64,000 bases of DNA, taken from assembly GCF_009914755.1 (NCBI RefSeq), contig NC_060933.1; one strand, 5' to 3'. Shown here in pieces: positions 13,196 through 36,220 of the stretch (position 1 is the stretch's first letter; the number at the start of each line of letters is the position of its first letter). The position numbers and the translations under genes were made by a program. This DNA is from the human T2T-CHM13v2.0 reference genome, Homo sapiens. The notes under the pieces were generated by a model. The model was not told the origin of the DNA. It saw only the letters and a list, made by a program, of their open reading frames with translations, and searched no databases.

Positions 13196-13606
13196 TGATA
13201 ATGGCATGTTTAGTTATATAAGAAACTGCGAAAGTGTTTTAATTATAGGGGCTTTTCAGCATGTTTTAATATCTGGTAGGGCCAATAGCTCCTAATAGCT
13301 TTTCAAGTATTTTCCAAGTTTTTACACAAAACAGTTGTATTATGCCAGTGATATGTCTTTGTCTAATTTATCCTACTTATAGGATTGCAGATGGAACAAG
13401 TAGCATTTTCTTTGTTTTCCCAACTTTAGCTCTTGACTATCTTTAGTCCAACTTGGCTGGCAAATTGTCATTTAAGTATGTCGCATTTGCTTGCACCTTT
13501 TCTGAATTTCTCAATTATTCTTTTTAAGAAACTAAAATTATGAAAGTTTTTTTCCTCTTTTTATTCATTTCTTATCTACTTGAAATAATGGGACTTACAT
13601 ATACAT

Positions 13607-13790
13607 CAGTGATTCTCAAATGTTAGTGGGTAACAGATTCACCTGGAAGGCTTATTAAAGCACAGATTGCTAGGCCTTGCCCCAGAGACTTTAATTCACT
13701 AAGTATGGGGTGGGGCCTGACTATTTGCATTTCTGAAGCACCAGGTGATGCTGAGGCTGCTGGCCTGGGACCACATTTTGAGGACTACTA
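13607..13790 (+). mobile_element. MER5A hAT-Charlie MITE
   Basis: cagtgattctcaaa...cacctggaaggcttattaaagcacagattgct...ggggtggggcctga...ccaggtgatgctga...ggaccacattttgag. Confidence 0.85.
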
Positions 13791-14129
13791 GGCTATATTA
13801 GTAGAATGGCTTATGGAGTGTCTCTGAGAAGATTGCTGGGTCTTATGATTGACATTATATTTGAATGATTGTGTAGGACAGATGTCATTATATCTGTACT
13901 GCTAAAGAAACAAGATATATGATGCTGGTATCTAACAGACTTTTAAATCTTAGTACTGAAAGGAGATAGAAAAGTTCAGCTTTTAAGTCATTCATTTATT
14001 TAATCTTTAATTTATTCATCAGATTTTATTGCTTCCAACTACATTTGCTAGGCAGTGAAATGGTTTCTGTTTTACACAATGAGGAATTTTTTTTTAAGAA
14101 GAGTTAAATATATTTTCTAAAATTCTATA

Positions 14130-14455
14130 TTTAAGAATCAGAAAGTTACTGGAGATTAGGAAGGGTAGTGTGTGGCAGGGTGAGGGGAAGGTTATGAGGC
14201 GATAACACGACAAGGTGACTGTAGTCAATAATAACTTAATTGTACATTTAAAAATAACTAAAACAGTATAATTAGATTGATTGTATCACAGAGGATAAAT
14301 GCTTGAGTGGATGGATATTCTATTTTCCATGGTACGATTATCACTCATTGCATGCTTGTATCAAAACATCTCATGTACCCCATACATATACCCATCTATT
14401 ATGTACCTACAAAACTAAAAAAAATTATAAAAGCAAAAAACAAAAACGAAAAAAG
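14130..14455 (+). mobile_element. L1MA 3' end fragment
   Basis: gtcaataataacttaattgtacatttaaaaataactaa...tatcaaaacatctcatgtacccca and an A-rich tail. Confidence 0.85.
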
Positions 14456-15544
14456 CCCTTGACTTTCAGAAGCCTCTGACTAACCTTTGCAGTATTGTGC
14501 CTCTGTTCTACACATAATTAACTGTGTTGAAACTGAGAATTAAAGCTGAAATGTAATTTCACAAACTTAATAAATGGCCTTTATAACTGATAATGACATC
14601 TTCGTTGCCTTGAGACAACAACCAAGGACTTGATTTCCTTGAGATAAGGACTTTGGTTGAATCAGTATGTCTTTAAGTATTTAATCTTGTCTCATAATAA
14701 TTGTGTTACCTCAACAAAGATTGTACTCATACCTTGACAAATGAAACCATACCAGTAAATTAATTCTATTTAAGTCAGAGTAGAATCAACTAGCAGTTAC
14801 CCACTGACTAATATCAGAGCCCAGTGTGTTACATGAAACTAAATTGGAAACCGACCTCTGGAACTCAATGTTTTGTTTTGACCTAAATCTACTCTGCAGT
14901 GTGAGGTAAATACAATTGTTTAAAGATTCTTAAGCTGTCGATGTTGAATTTGCTTATTTTGTATTTAATTAAAAAGGTGCATACAGATATGTATGTAGTG
15001 TGGTTTGGCAATAGTTAAAATTGGGAGCAGGAAAGGAAAATTTTAGAAATCTTGGTTTCCAAGCAACCAAACACACAATATCATATCTGTGTACCACTTG
15101 CTTCATGTTAAGATGCCCTAAATGTAAATAATTGATGGAGCAGAGACTAAAAGAACCATTATAGTCAGCTGAATTCCAAGGTCCTTGACCTGAGCTCATT
15201 AAGCTCAGGTTAGAGAATAGGGTGGCTGAATTTTCTTAGAAAAAGAGCCCAGATAATATCTGGCATGTACATAGATCTTGAAAATTAGCTGGACTTAAGT
15301 AAGCATTTAGTTTTCAAGCTTTAGTTTAGTGAATGTGGGGATCCTGATCTGTAATCCTTCAGGAGGCAAATGAGCTGCAACAGAGCCATGGTTTCTCTCC
15401 CTCTTTCTGGGAGCCACCCACCCCCTTCACCCAATACAGAGGACCTAAGGAGTGATTGATTTTATAAAAGATACAGAGTAACACACTCTGTATATTCATC
15501 AGACCGTGTAAATAACTAACTTCTAGACCTCTCAGATATAAATA

Positions 15545-16850
<1,306 letters not shown>

Positions 16851-16946
16851 CGTTATGGAGGTATGCAGAATTAACAGCATAATTGTGGCAAGAAATGTCT
16901 TTGCCTTTTCTTTTTAATGCAAATGAGAGTTAGTAACATGTTCTTT

Positions 16947-17825
<879 letters not shown>

Positions 17826-18448
17826 GTCAGCACAGTATACCTTACTAGAACTGAATTGACGTCTCTACTTTTTGAGCATTTTTTGTACATTGTTGTGGTA
17901 TTTCTTTGTAGTAGTCATCTCACATGCTTTAAACTTCGTATGTCTTATTTCCTTCCTTAGTAGGTCACATTGGGAGCTCATCTTCCCCTTCACTTAGGAG
18001 ACAGTGCAATAAACATTTGTATCTCTCATAGCACATACCAGATTTTTAAAATTTGGCGGGTTTTAATTCAGGACTTAAGGGGTGAATTATCTTATTAAAT
18101 AAATAATTCAAGTATACAGGGAAGTGAAAGACAGTCATTTACCTAATGCTCTGAACATCTTTCTTGAGATAAAGTAGTGCTGTGAACTGATAAAGTTCAC
18201 ATAAAGCTAAAGAAATTCCTTTATGTATTAATATTACAGGCATTTATGTAATATCAGTATCTGTCTGAAAAGAATGCATTGATTACAAAACTCTTTAAGT
18301 TGTACAGAAGTTATTTTTCCCTAGAACTTCAAAAGTCTTTGCTCTGCAAGGGAGGGGAGAGTAAAAAAGGTGCCTTAAGGATGTAGACATGCTGTATCCA
18401 GCACTGTTATTTGTTGTCAGAAATATACTGATAAACATGCTAATGCCA

Positions 18449-18754
<306 letters not shown>

Positions 18755-18930
18755 CTAATGCCTTTCTTGCATATTGGATTTGGTCTACTGATGACTTTTT
18801 TTCCTGGAGTTCTTAGAAGCTGTGTGTAACCAAAGGGGGCTGGAGAGTGAGAGAAAGCAAAAGATTTGGCTAGAAGAAGGGAGAGAAATACATTCTGGTT
18901 TAGGGGCTATGGGTAGACCTAAGTTTTTAC

Positions 18931-19967
<1,037 letters not shown>

Positions 19968-20313
19968 CTGAAAAGATACAGCTGTACCCATTGAAGCAAA
20001 CGTGGAACTCTGTTCATTATTTTCTCCTTTTTATTCATTCTCATGTTCACATTCACTGTATAATCTTGTTTGTGGCTTATCTTTGACTTTTATACATACT
20101 ACATAGATTGGACAATTTTCCTGGTGATACGGTACTCTCACATTGTGAAGGGATGACTCAATATTAATTTTAGAGTGGATGCTTTGAAATATTATCAATG
20201 ACAAGATTTTAGCATTTTATAACCTTCAACCAAGCACTTATTTGGGGGTCTGCAACATTCCCCTTATGCATTAAATGAATGAATGATTATTTTATACAAC
20301 TCACACCAAATCT

Positions 20314-20408
20314 CTTTTTTTAAACTCATGTTTTCACTTTTATTTTTTGATTACTTGTAAAAGAATGCTATTCTTGATCTACTGTTACCTACTGTTTAAA
20401 TTGTATGG
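20314..20408 (-). other. 3'-transduced unique sequence carried by the adjacent L1
   Basis: Lies between the L1 3' end and the TSD; AATAAA (20344-20339) 17 nt before an A7 tail (20321-20315). Confidence 0.8.
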
Positions 20409-23879
<3,471 letters not shown>

Positions 23880-24282
23880 TTAACTACCCATGCTTCTAGA
23901 AGCTTTCAAGGAATCAAAAAGGGGCTATATTAAAATGGGAAAAAATAGGAAGAAGCTTAGAAATAATTTTAGGAAAGGTATTACGTTTAAGCATAGAACT
24001 AAGTAGGAAGAGGTAAGTGGCAAAACAACAATAACAACAACAAAAGAGTCTAATCAGTATGTGGTGGAAGACTACTACAGTGAGTAGTACTTTACAGTGT
24101 TACCAATTAATGCTTGTCCTTTTTTGTTCTCTTTTTCTTTGTTGTCATTGTATTTTCCGCTGTCTCTTGATTTATCAGCAAAAATACAGGCACATTTCTA
24201 AATTTGTGTTAGGGTTTCCTGTAGCATGGTCATATGTCACCAGTGAGTCCTCTGACTCTGAATTAAGAAAACATGGGCTTAA

Positions 24283-25481
24283 TATGCAGAACACTGAAAC
24301 TGGACCCCTTCCTTACACCTTATACAAAAGTTAACTCAAGATGGGTTAAAGACTTAAATGTAAAACCCCAAATCATGAAAAACCTAGAAGAAAACCTAGG
24401 CAGTGCCATTCAAGACATAGGCATGGGAAAAGACTTCATGACAAAAATGCCAAAAGCAGTTGCAACAAAAGTCAAAATTGGCAAATGGAGGATCTCATTA
24501 AACTAAAGAGCTCTTGCACAGCAAAAGAAACTACAGTCAGAGTGAATAGGCAACCAAAGAATAGGAGAAAATTTTTGTAATCTACCCATCTGCCAAAGGT
24601 ATAATATCCAGAATTTACAAGAAATTTAAACAAATTTACAAGAAAAAACCCCATCAAAAAGTAGGCAAAGGATATGAACAGACACTTCTCAAAAGAAGAC
24701 ATGTGGCCAACAAACATATGAAAAAAAGCTCAACATCACTGAAAAAAAGCTGAACATCAGTGATCATTAGAGAAATGCAAATCAAAACTACAATGAGATA
24801 CCATCTCACGCCAGTCAGAATGGCGATTATTAAAAAGTCAAGAAACAATAGATGTGAGCCTGTGGAGAAATGGGAACACTTTCACACTGTTGGTGGGAAT
24901 GTAAATTAGTTCAACCATTTTGGAAGACAGTGTGGCGATTCCTCAAGGATCTACAACCAGAACTACCGTTTGACCCAGCAATCCCATTACTAGATATATA
25001 CCCAAAGGATTATAAATCATTCTACCCTAAAGACACATGCATGCATATGTTTTTTGCGTATTATTTTCAATAGCAAAGTCATGGAACCAACCCAAATGCC
25101 CATCAGTGGTAGACTGGATAAAGCAAATGTGGTACATGTACACCATGGAATACTATGCAGCTATGTGAAGGAATGAGATCAGATCCTTTGCAGGGGCATG
25201 GATGAAGCCAGAAGCCATCATCCTCAGCAAACTCACACAGGAACAGAAAATCAAACACTACGTGTTCTTGTAAGTGCGAGTTGAACATAGAGAACACCTG
25301 GACACAGGGAGGGGAACCAACATGCACCAGGGCCTGTTGTGGAGGGAGGCAAGGGGAGGGAACTTAGAGGATGGGTCAATAGGTGCAGCAGACCACCATG
25401 GTACACATATACCTATGTAACAAACCTGCATATTCTGCGTATGTATCCTGGAAGTTAAAGCAAAATTAAAAAAAAAAAAAA
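24283..25481 (+). mobile_element. 5'-truncated L1PA (PA7/PA8-like) 3' end
   Basis: ORF2 C-terminal remnants ([22 protein letters not shown]), poly-A, TSD gaaaacatgggcttaa at 24267-24282 and 25483-25498; internal 21-bp duplication near 24721-24762. Confidence 0.95.
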
Positions 25482-25699
25482 GGAAAACATGGGCTTAAAT
25501 AGGACACAAGATCTATTCCTCCTTTGAAAAACCCATTAAGTTTGGATAAATTCTAAGAGGTAGCATTTTAACTAGCATCCTAAGCACTTCCTCACATGCT
25601 CATAGTTTGCAAGTTAACATGATGTATGTGTATTTGTGTATTTCAAACTCCGGAAGCTTTTGTATTATTGAAACCAAAACTGACAAGAAACCTTCTGTG

Positions 25700-27635
25700 A
25701 ACATGCTTCTGCTGGGGTGTAGAAAGCTCACAGAGTGTTGCCTTCATGCTTACAATAGTAAAAAATCCAGATAGTATACAAAATGACTTTTCTTGGTCTC
25801 ATCAGAGAATTTCGGTCATAGAGCAACTAACTAGCCTGAAATCTAAGGAAAAGGTATGAGTTTCCAAGTAGACAGGACAAGACATTTGCTTAACTGGAGT
25901 AAATGCTGATGCTGATGTCACATAAGCTAGTAAGAAAAAGACTGAGTTATGTTTTAAGTACTAAAAGCTGAATGTATCTCAGCATGGGACCTGCAGCTGC
26001 AAGGAGAATTCAGTTACATGCAGGCAGTTCTCTACAGACCTCACCTTGTGCTCATGGGGAACACTGGGGGCAAGGCAAGTGATGGAAGAATGGCATTCTT
26101 ATGGAGGCAAGCAGCAACCACTGCAAGAAAGGCATGAAGCCCTCTGGATCCTTCTCTAACCCTGTTTCTCTTGTGGAACAAAAGCCTTAAGCTCCTGGGG
26201 GAAGGGCGGCAAACTCTAGGCTCAGGGGACAGGTGGAGACCTATTTCAGCTAGGGGAAAGGAACAGGAAAATTGCTGTACGTTTGGAGGAGGGTCAAAGA
26301 AATATTATCCACTGGGACTATTAGAGATCTCCTAACATTGTGGGAGGAGGTAGATCACTTGGAACGTCCTACCCCTATACCCAGGCAAACGGATCCTGCC
26401 TAAGACTGAGGTTGAACCAGAACAAGAGAATACTTCCTCTCTACATACACCAGGATGCTAAGCTCAGAGTAAGAAATGCTGATGGTCTACTGCTAGGGGA
26501 GTGGGGAGAACATGGAGAAAGACCTCCCTAAGGTACAGGCACAAAGGGAAGACCTAAAGCTGAGGGTGAAGCAGACATTGAGAAAAACACTGTGGCAAAC
26601 CAGCCCCAACTGAAGAACAGGGTGACGCCAAGGACACATGAAACCTGTGATGTGCAGAGGCTAATAAGCCTAAATTCAGCTCTCAACTCCTGACTCCTGA
26701 CTAAATTGAATCAACTCCCCACACTTAAGATTAGCAGGATGCGAGACATGTTCATTTCCAGGCACAAATACTACATACCTCAGTCTCTATAGTTCTGCAC
26801 AAGATGGCTGGCTTTTAACCAAAAATTACTGAGATGCACAAAAAGTGAGGTAAAACAACACACATAAAAGAAACAAAGCAATCAATAGAACCAGACTCAG
26901 ATATGAACCAGATGTTAGAACTATCAGAGAATTTTAAATAACTATGATCAATATGTTAAAGGTTCTAAGTGGGAAAAGTGGGTAATATGCATGTACAGAT
27001 GGGGAATTTCAGTAGAAAAGGTGAGATTACAAAAAAGAGTGAAATGAAAATGCTAGAAATGAAAAACTTAGTAACAGAGATGAACGATGCTTTTGATACC
27101 TCCTTGGTAGAATTGATGCAGTTAAAGAAATAATCAGTATATTTGAAGATTGGTCAGAAGAGATTTATGGGAAATCTGAAACACAAAGAAAAAAGAGGGT
27201 GTGACAAAAGACCCAAAAATGTTAGAGCCCCTAAGAGCTTTAGTACAATATCAAAAGTTCCAGTGTATATGTAATTAGAATCCCAGAATGAGAAGTGAGT
27301 CAATAGTGTGGTATAAAATAGTGCAATACAAAAAATATTTGAAGAGATGATAGTACAGTTTTCCCAAACTAATGACACATACCACATAAGAAATCCAATA
27401 AGCTCACTAAGCAGAATGAATACCCTGCAACACACATACAGTCAGACATATTGTATTCACACTGAGAAAAAACAAAATTTCAAAGTCAACCAGAGAAAAA
27501 GACACATTATATACAGAAGAAGAAAGATGAGTCAAAGCAGACTTCTCATCAGAATTAGGTAAGGTTACAGTGTTAACAGAATAAACTGTCAACCCAGATT
27601 CCTCTGTCCTTCAAAATATCCTTCAAAATGAAAGA
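25700..27635 (+). mobile_element. Old L1M 5'UTR and ORF1 relic
   Basis: gaaccagactcagatatga..cagatgttagaactatcaga..ttaaaataactatgatcaatatgttaaagg..atggggaatttcag, a typical L1M ORF1 coiled-coil region. Confidence 0.75.
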
Positions 27636-27860
27636 AAGCAAATATAAGTGATCTTATTACTCTTCATTTCACTGCCAACATTTAAAAATCAATGGAAATG
27701 AAGATAAGGCTCTGGTCTCAACCACATTGATCTGAACTGACAACTGCGATAAATAAGCAGTGTGTCTTGATTTATGAATTTGTCTGTGATGTTTGAGTTT
27801 TGTTTAATCCTAATACATGGTATAGCTTTGGTGGTTTTTAAGGGTGGTGTACTTGGTACC

Positions 27861-29734
<1,874 letters not shown>

Positions 29735-30034
29735 AGAATTGTGGGAAGATCGACAGTGGAATCTTTGCAAAACAATGGAATTGCAACTGTGAACTACATT
29801 TTGATTGTTTGTATTTTTAGCGGAGTGATAAGAATGATCCCAGACTGAAGATGCACATTAAATAAGCTGGTAATAGTAAGAATTTAAGATGTAAACTAGC
29901 ATTAAAAAATTCTAAGCCTTTAAATATGCTCTCTCACATTAAGTGTATGCTTTGATTTTTCTTATAATCATTTCATCATCTAGAACCATTTAAATTTTGA
30001 GTTTTTTTCAATCCAGTTTCACTTAAGCAGTTAC

Positions 30035-31192
30035 GTTTTCATTGAAATCATTGGATTAGCAGAATTGGTACAAGGTATTGAAAGTTTGCAGTTCACTGTG
30101 ACTTCATCTGCAAGTGAACAAGTATTATTTTGGGATTTTGTGAGAACAGGAGAGCCTTAAAAGTCATTGAAGTACAGTATTGTTGCAGATATTGGAGGAG
30201 GAGTATGCTGAATGGTAACACTGAGACTGTTTTTGACTCTGATTGTAACAGGGTACATAGGTTCAATACAAACTTTTTTAAGTGCAGCAAAAAAAATTTC
30301 AATTGTAAATACAATTGTCGACATACAGCATAGTGGAGTTAAAAAAGCATGTTCTTCATAGTATAGTCCTGAAGTTCTAATGATAAAAATCAGAATGTTA
30401 AAAACAAACTATAACATACATATAGTTGAACTGAAAATCATGTTCCCTATAGAAAATAATGGTATTTCTTTGTCCTGGTGATAAAGTTTAAGTCGAGGAT
30501 TTGTCTTTGCCCCCCGAAAACATTATTTTGCTGACTCTGATAATCATACTTGTTAAACCAGAGAGAAACAATGATGGATGTGAATCTCAAGGCAGTATGG
30601 GGAAAGGGTCTCAAAGACCACTTATTATCTGAGGCATACAATTTAGAAAGTAATTATCATATTTGTTACCATGGCGAGGATTGCTGCCTACAGCCAGTTC
30701 TGTTATGTAACAAAATTCATTTAAGAGATGCCTGACAGTATGTTTCTGTAATGCTCTAGTATTTAAAAAGTAAGGGCAAAGATTGTGTCGCATAGTTCAG
30801 TATCATAGTAGCTCTTTTTCTAGTATACAAGTTAGCCTTCTGCTCCCTGCTTTCACCTAAGTTCATCTTTTCCAGTCTCTGTCTACTTATAAAATTAAAA
30901 TACCTCTGAACTTGTTTTGAATTTGTTATGCTACTTAGCAATGGGTGCCTCATGTCGAGGTGTACCAAGATTATCTGGTTCTAACCATTGAGTTCAATTT
31001 TATGGGAGACTCAGCATCACAATGTGGCAGCCTTTTTGGCCAAATTTTCAACCACTGGAATTGCCTTTTGGGGAGTTATTTTCTGTTTACGTAGTATTTT
31101 CTATAGCTTGCTTTGATCAACGGTGAAAAAAAATGTAGTTTGGGATGGAAAATGGGTGAAAGGAGAATATTAGATATAAGAGAAGTAACGTA
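30035..31192 (-). pseudogene. Candidate large decayed exon
   Basis: Acceptor cttcacctgttaaacag; 30793-30034 reads ~253 codons with 4 stops and 1 frameshift; not a repeat I recognise; scattered CpGs retained. Confidence 0.4.
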
Positions 31193-31279
31193 CTGTTTAA
31201 CAGGTGAAGCTCTGGATACATTATTTATAAGCAGGAGAAGACAAACGAAAATAAGACCCAGTGTGAAAAAAATAACAGA

Positions 31280-32270
31280 GATCGTGAGCACACCTAGTGC
31301 TCAGCTCTGGTTTCCAGTACCATCCTTCAGTAAAAGGAACCAGGGCACCTCGGAGAAATGGCTGATTCTAGTATCGGGGCAGGAAGCATGCAAGATGAGC
31401 CTGGAGCATTTTGTAGTGCGAGAGAGGAAAGGGGTGCTAAAGAATAAAAACTCCAGAGAACATGCTGATGGGAGTATGTCAAAGGGATACAGAAGCCAGC
31501 TCAAAGAGCTCCTAATGGCCAAAGACAGAAAAATTTGAACAGAAAAATAACATAGTATTGGATCATAACCTGACGTATCAAATAAATATCTATGAGTTCA
31601 TACTGATGGAAGTAAATGATGGGATAAATTAATAAATGGGGGAGAAGACACATACTTCCTGTGCAGAGGAATTGCAAATTATGCACTCTGTTCTAGCATA
31701 CCTGCCCACTCTTTAAGTGTGACATGCTCATAGAGACTTCCTCTTGAAGCATACAGAATGGAGAGGGGGTGCAGTGGGAGAGTCACTTTACAGTGGAGAA
31801 ACCCACACACACTACCCCAGCCAGGTGATCAAGGTGCACGTCATCAACAGTGATAAATCATGTTGATAGTGTGTTCCCTTAATATGATGTGATGAAAATG
31901 GCACTTCACCTCTGTGGTCTTCCTCCCTTAAACTCCCACCTCTAGTCTCATCATGAGAAAGAAACACCAGAAAACCCCCAACAGAGGGTCATCCTATAAT
32001 ATACCTGATCAGTACTCCTCAAAACTTTCAGGGTCATCAAAAACAAAGAAAAGTCTGAGAAACTGTCAAACCAAGAGGAGTCTAATGAGATACGAAAACT
32101 AAATATGTGGCACCCTGAATGAGTTCCTGTAACAGAAAAAAATGGCCACTAGGTAATAAAGAAGCAAATCTGAATAAACTGTGCACTTTAGTTCATAATA
32201 ATATATCAATATTGACTCGTCAATTGTAACAAATATGCCATATTAATGTACAGTGCTAATAAGAGGGGAC
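31280..32270 (+). mobile_element. Old L1 (L1MC/L1MD-like) 3' region
   Basis: aaggaaccagggcacctcggagaaatggctgattctag...gatgaaaatggcacttcacctctgtggtcttcctccc. Confidence 0.8.
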
Positions 32271-32319
32271 ATACACATTTTAAAGCCCAGTGCACATGAC
32301 CCCTCCTTTTGAGTGTCCT

Positions 32320-32790
32320 CACCATAGCCTACAAGGCCCCATGTGATTTGGCCCTTTCATCTCTCTTTAATTGCATGTCTTAGCCCCTCCTCCTTAGCAC
32401 TGTCCCTGCTACTCTGGCCTGGTTGCTGTCCCTTGAATATGCAAGGTTATTCCTGCCTTTCATTTGCCATTTCCTCTGCCTGAATCTTCATGTATATCGT
32501 TTATTTCATTTAGGTCTTTGGGCAAATACCACCTCATTAGAAAAGCCTCTTCTGACCTTCCTGATTATAATAGTATCTCCTGCAGTCTATAACCACAAAA
32601 CTTGTGTTCTTTGTCTTCATAATACTCAGTTACTGAAATTATTTATTTATTTTAACTTCTTATCCCACTAGAATTAGGCACATGAATTCGGGGACTTTGT
32701 TAATTCTGTTTGTTCCTCTGTCTGTAGCAACTAGAACAACTCCAGGCAAGTGGTAGGTAGCACTGAGTAAATATCATGTGAATGAAAGAA
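32320..32790 (+). mobile_element. L2 3' end
   Basis: gcctacaaggccccatgtgatttggccc...cactgagtaaatatcatgtgaatgaa. Confidence 0.7.
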
Positions 32791-35150
32791 TTCTCAAATT
32801 CTGCCCCTTAGTTTCCTCTGAATGCTTAACCGCACATTCTGGGTGACTCTTGGAAAGATTGTTCTCTGCTGTGTGTTATCTTTTTGTGCATGTATGAGAC
32901 TTTGTTTCCCTTCTGGATTGCCAAAACTGCAGCAGTTGTATACCTCTGATTTATGTCTACACTCCCACAGTATCTAGCTAGGTGCCTGGCAAAAAGAAGT
33001 GACTGCTCAGTAGCGTTTATGGGATAAACATGTGTTTCTGCTTTGGACCTGTCCTTTTACTGCATTCAGCATTCCCCCGGGCGAGGCCTCAGGCACTGCA
33101 TAAAAAGTTGAATATGTCTGACTTTGTTTTTATGGACTCCTCCAAGCTTTATCTCCCTATCCACTATCTGAACTTCGTGCTGCAGCTCCCTTGATTTTGA
33201 CCTCTTTGGCTTTGGTCTTGGTTTCCCCCACATCACATGTCCTCTTTAGACTTGACAACATCACTCCCATTTTTAAAAACAAGGCCCTGACCTAGACATC
33301 CCATAGGATCTCGCCTCATTCTGCTCAAAAATTATGTTGATGAGGCCCACCAAGCTCCTGTGGCCAGCTAAGCCCAAGACAGGTGTTAGGACCTGTGAGT
33401 GGAAGCCCAGTGGTAGAAATGTGCACTGTGGCTTGCATGTGGCAATCTACCTAATGGGAGAATTACTCTCTCTCCATTCTTTCCTAGCCCCTCACATTTA
33501 TTAAGAATAACATGAAAAGTGCCGGGTACTAGGGGCACCTATGTGAATAAAATACAAAGGCTGAAGAACTCATAGTGGAAACACATGGTCTCCATATCAT
33601 GAGAATCATTATTTATCCTCTAGAAAGCCAGGGAATTTGTTCATGAAGCTTAACCCAGAGTCCTCTTGTCTACTTAGAAGATCTTGCCAGAATGGGTTAC
33701 AGACATAGTGATTAGCTGGAAGTAAACAGACTTCTGCAACCTAGCCTTCAAAAACCTTACTACCGAAGTGTGGCAAATATTATACTTTTAAATAATTTCT
33801 TCCAGTGGAGAAAAGGGCATGCTTTGTGAAACAGAGACTTCTGAAACCTCTTATTACCAATAAGAACCTTAGCATGCTAGGGTAAAGTTAATGATGAATT
33901 GGTCTCGGCAGGTGCCACAGGCTAGATTTTCTGCCATTTAGTTTTTGTGTTTCTCACTTGCCAAGGGGTGACTGAATGTTTTTCATTGTTTATCTCCTGT
34001 TCCAGTTGTTGCTTTATAGCTTTTTCCAGTTTTCTTCTTTCTCTTTGAGACATAAATTGGTCTTTTAATTCCTACTAACCCTAATTCTACTTTTATTTTA
34101 TCTATCAGAAAATATTGCCACAGTTATCAATAAAAACATTGGAAAGATGTGTTTTGTTTGTCTCTTTTAAATTTGTTGGACAGATAATAGAAAATTAGAT
34201 AGTAATATATTGCTTAGAAAAACGTACTTAGGACATTTCTTGCTAACCTTAATTTTTTGGGTGGCCTACAAACAAATCCCTATCTAATTGATTTTTGTCA
34301 GGGTTTATAACGTTCTAAGCCTGATCTTCAGTTGATTTGCGTATGACTCCCACATGTTGAAACCAAAACACTCAGTTTATTGAACATATGAAATAAGACT
34401 GGATTTTTAAAAATCTGCAAATTGAGTTGCTTTCTTCTAGCTCTCAAAAAATTGATGGGATTTGCAGTCAGAGAAGATTTTACACTAACATAGTTGGTAT
34501 TTTATTAAAAGCTAATTTGTACTATTCACTAACAATATAGATTATAGATTTCCTTATTTTTCCTGGAACTTTGCTCTTTATCTTGTCAGTATTTGATTTG
34601 GACTTTAAAATTAGTGGTTTTGTACACTTTTGACAGTTATTACAAAGTACTATATATTCCACATAAACTGCCTGATGTTCTTTGAGAGTACATACTGAAA
34701 AGTTTTTTTCAGCCAACAGAAGAAATGGAAGACGAGGACCTAATTTGACAATATCTATAAAAATTACAAATGCAATCTATTTCTCAGAATTCATTTCTGA
34801 AGTATTCTTTCATATGTGTGGCATGACCTGTGTGCACATTTATTAAATACAACATTTTTGAAATCGTAAAGTGTTGGAAAGAGACCAAACAAGTATATAT
34901 TAATAGAAGATAGACTAAGGGATGGTACATCTATATAGTGGAATATGCAGATGTTAAAAAAGTAGAGGGTGCTTGCTATGTATGGATATGGGGGACAGCA
35001 AGGTGCAGAATATGCTTATCTGAGCTTTTGAGTAAGAAGGAGTGGTATACAATGGTATTCTTATTTGCTTTTTTTTTTTGCCTGAAGAAACCCTATAAAG
35101 ATATTTAAGAAACTATTACATGTGCTTGCTTGTAAATATTACTTGGAGAA

Positions 35151-35442
35151 GCCAGGTGTGGTGACTCACACCTGTAATTTCAGCACTTTTGAGAGGCCAA
35201 GGTGGGTGGATCATTTGAGGTCAAGAGTTCGAGACCAGCCTGGCCAATATGGTAAAACCCCATCTCTACTAAAAATACAAAAATTAGCTGGGTCTGGTGG
35301 TGCATGCCTGTAGTCCCAGCTACTGGGAGGCTGAGGCAGGAGAATAGCTTAAAGACAAGAGACGGAGGTTACAGTGAGCTGAGATTGTGCCACCGACCTC
35401 TACCCTGGGCAACAGAGGAGACTCCATCTCAAAAAAAAAAAA
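35151..35442 (+). mobile_element. AluS (Sx-like)
   Basis: Full dimer, poly-A, TSD attacttggagaa at 35138 and 35443. Confidence 0.95.
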
Positions 35443-35519
35443 ATTACTTGGAGAAAGTAGGGCAGCTAGGAGGGGCAGAGGTGGATAAGAAATATTTTTC
35501 ACTGTATACTTTTTATTAC

Positions 35520-35868
35520 TGTATTAGTTGGTTTTCACACTGCTGATAAAGACATGCTTGAAACTAGGAACAAAGAGAGGTTTAATTGGACTTACGGTTC
35601 CACTTGGCTGGGGAGGCCCCAGAATCATGGTGGGAGGTAAAAGGCACTTCTAACATGGTGGTGGCAAGAGAAAAATGAGGAAGAAGCAAAAGTGGAAACC
35701 CCTGATAAACCCATCAGATCTCATGAGACTTATTCACTATCATGAGAATAGCAAGGGGAGAGACCAGCTATTCAGTTACCTCCCCCTGGGTCCCTCCCAC
35801 AACACATGGGAATTCTGAGAGATAAATTCAAGTTGAGATTTGGATGGGGACACAGCCAAACCATATCA
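35520..35868 (-). mobile_element. THE1 (THE1A-like) solo LTR
   Basis: tgtattagt..cactgctgataaagaca...ggggacacagccaaaccatatca. Confidence 0.92.
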
Positions 35869-36220
35869 AATAGTGTTTTGGTTTTTTAGCCATGCCACTG
35901 TATTGTCCATTGAAAATAAAACTTTTTTTAAGTATTGGAAACTTGCATGTATACTAATATTGATAGTGGGTTTTGGAAATTTACTGAGTGTCTGTTTTTG
36001 AGCAGAAAACGTTATGTTTGGACACATGGATCAGGGTCCTCCTTTTGAGACTTTTGGTTGCTGGTGATTTTTTCTCCAGTGGCAAGTACTTGAGCATTTC
36101 TTCTGCAACAGAAACCCTACCATTTAGGAGGCTTAATGGATGCTCTTTTGGTTGCATTAGATGGATGAAGAAACAAAGATGAACTAAATATCCAACTTCT
36201 ACTTTCTAGGAGTTGCCATT

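Noticed and set aside
31113-31538. 141-aa plus-strand ORF
   Set aside because: Begins at TTG, and its 3' half lies in an old L1 3' region; likely chance
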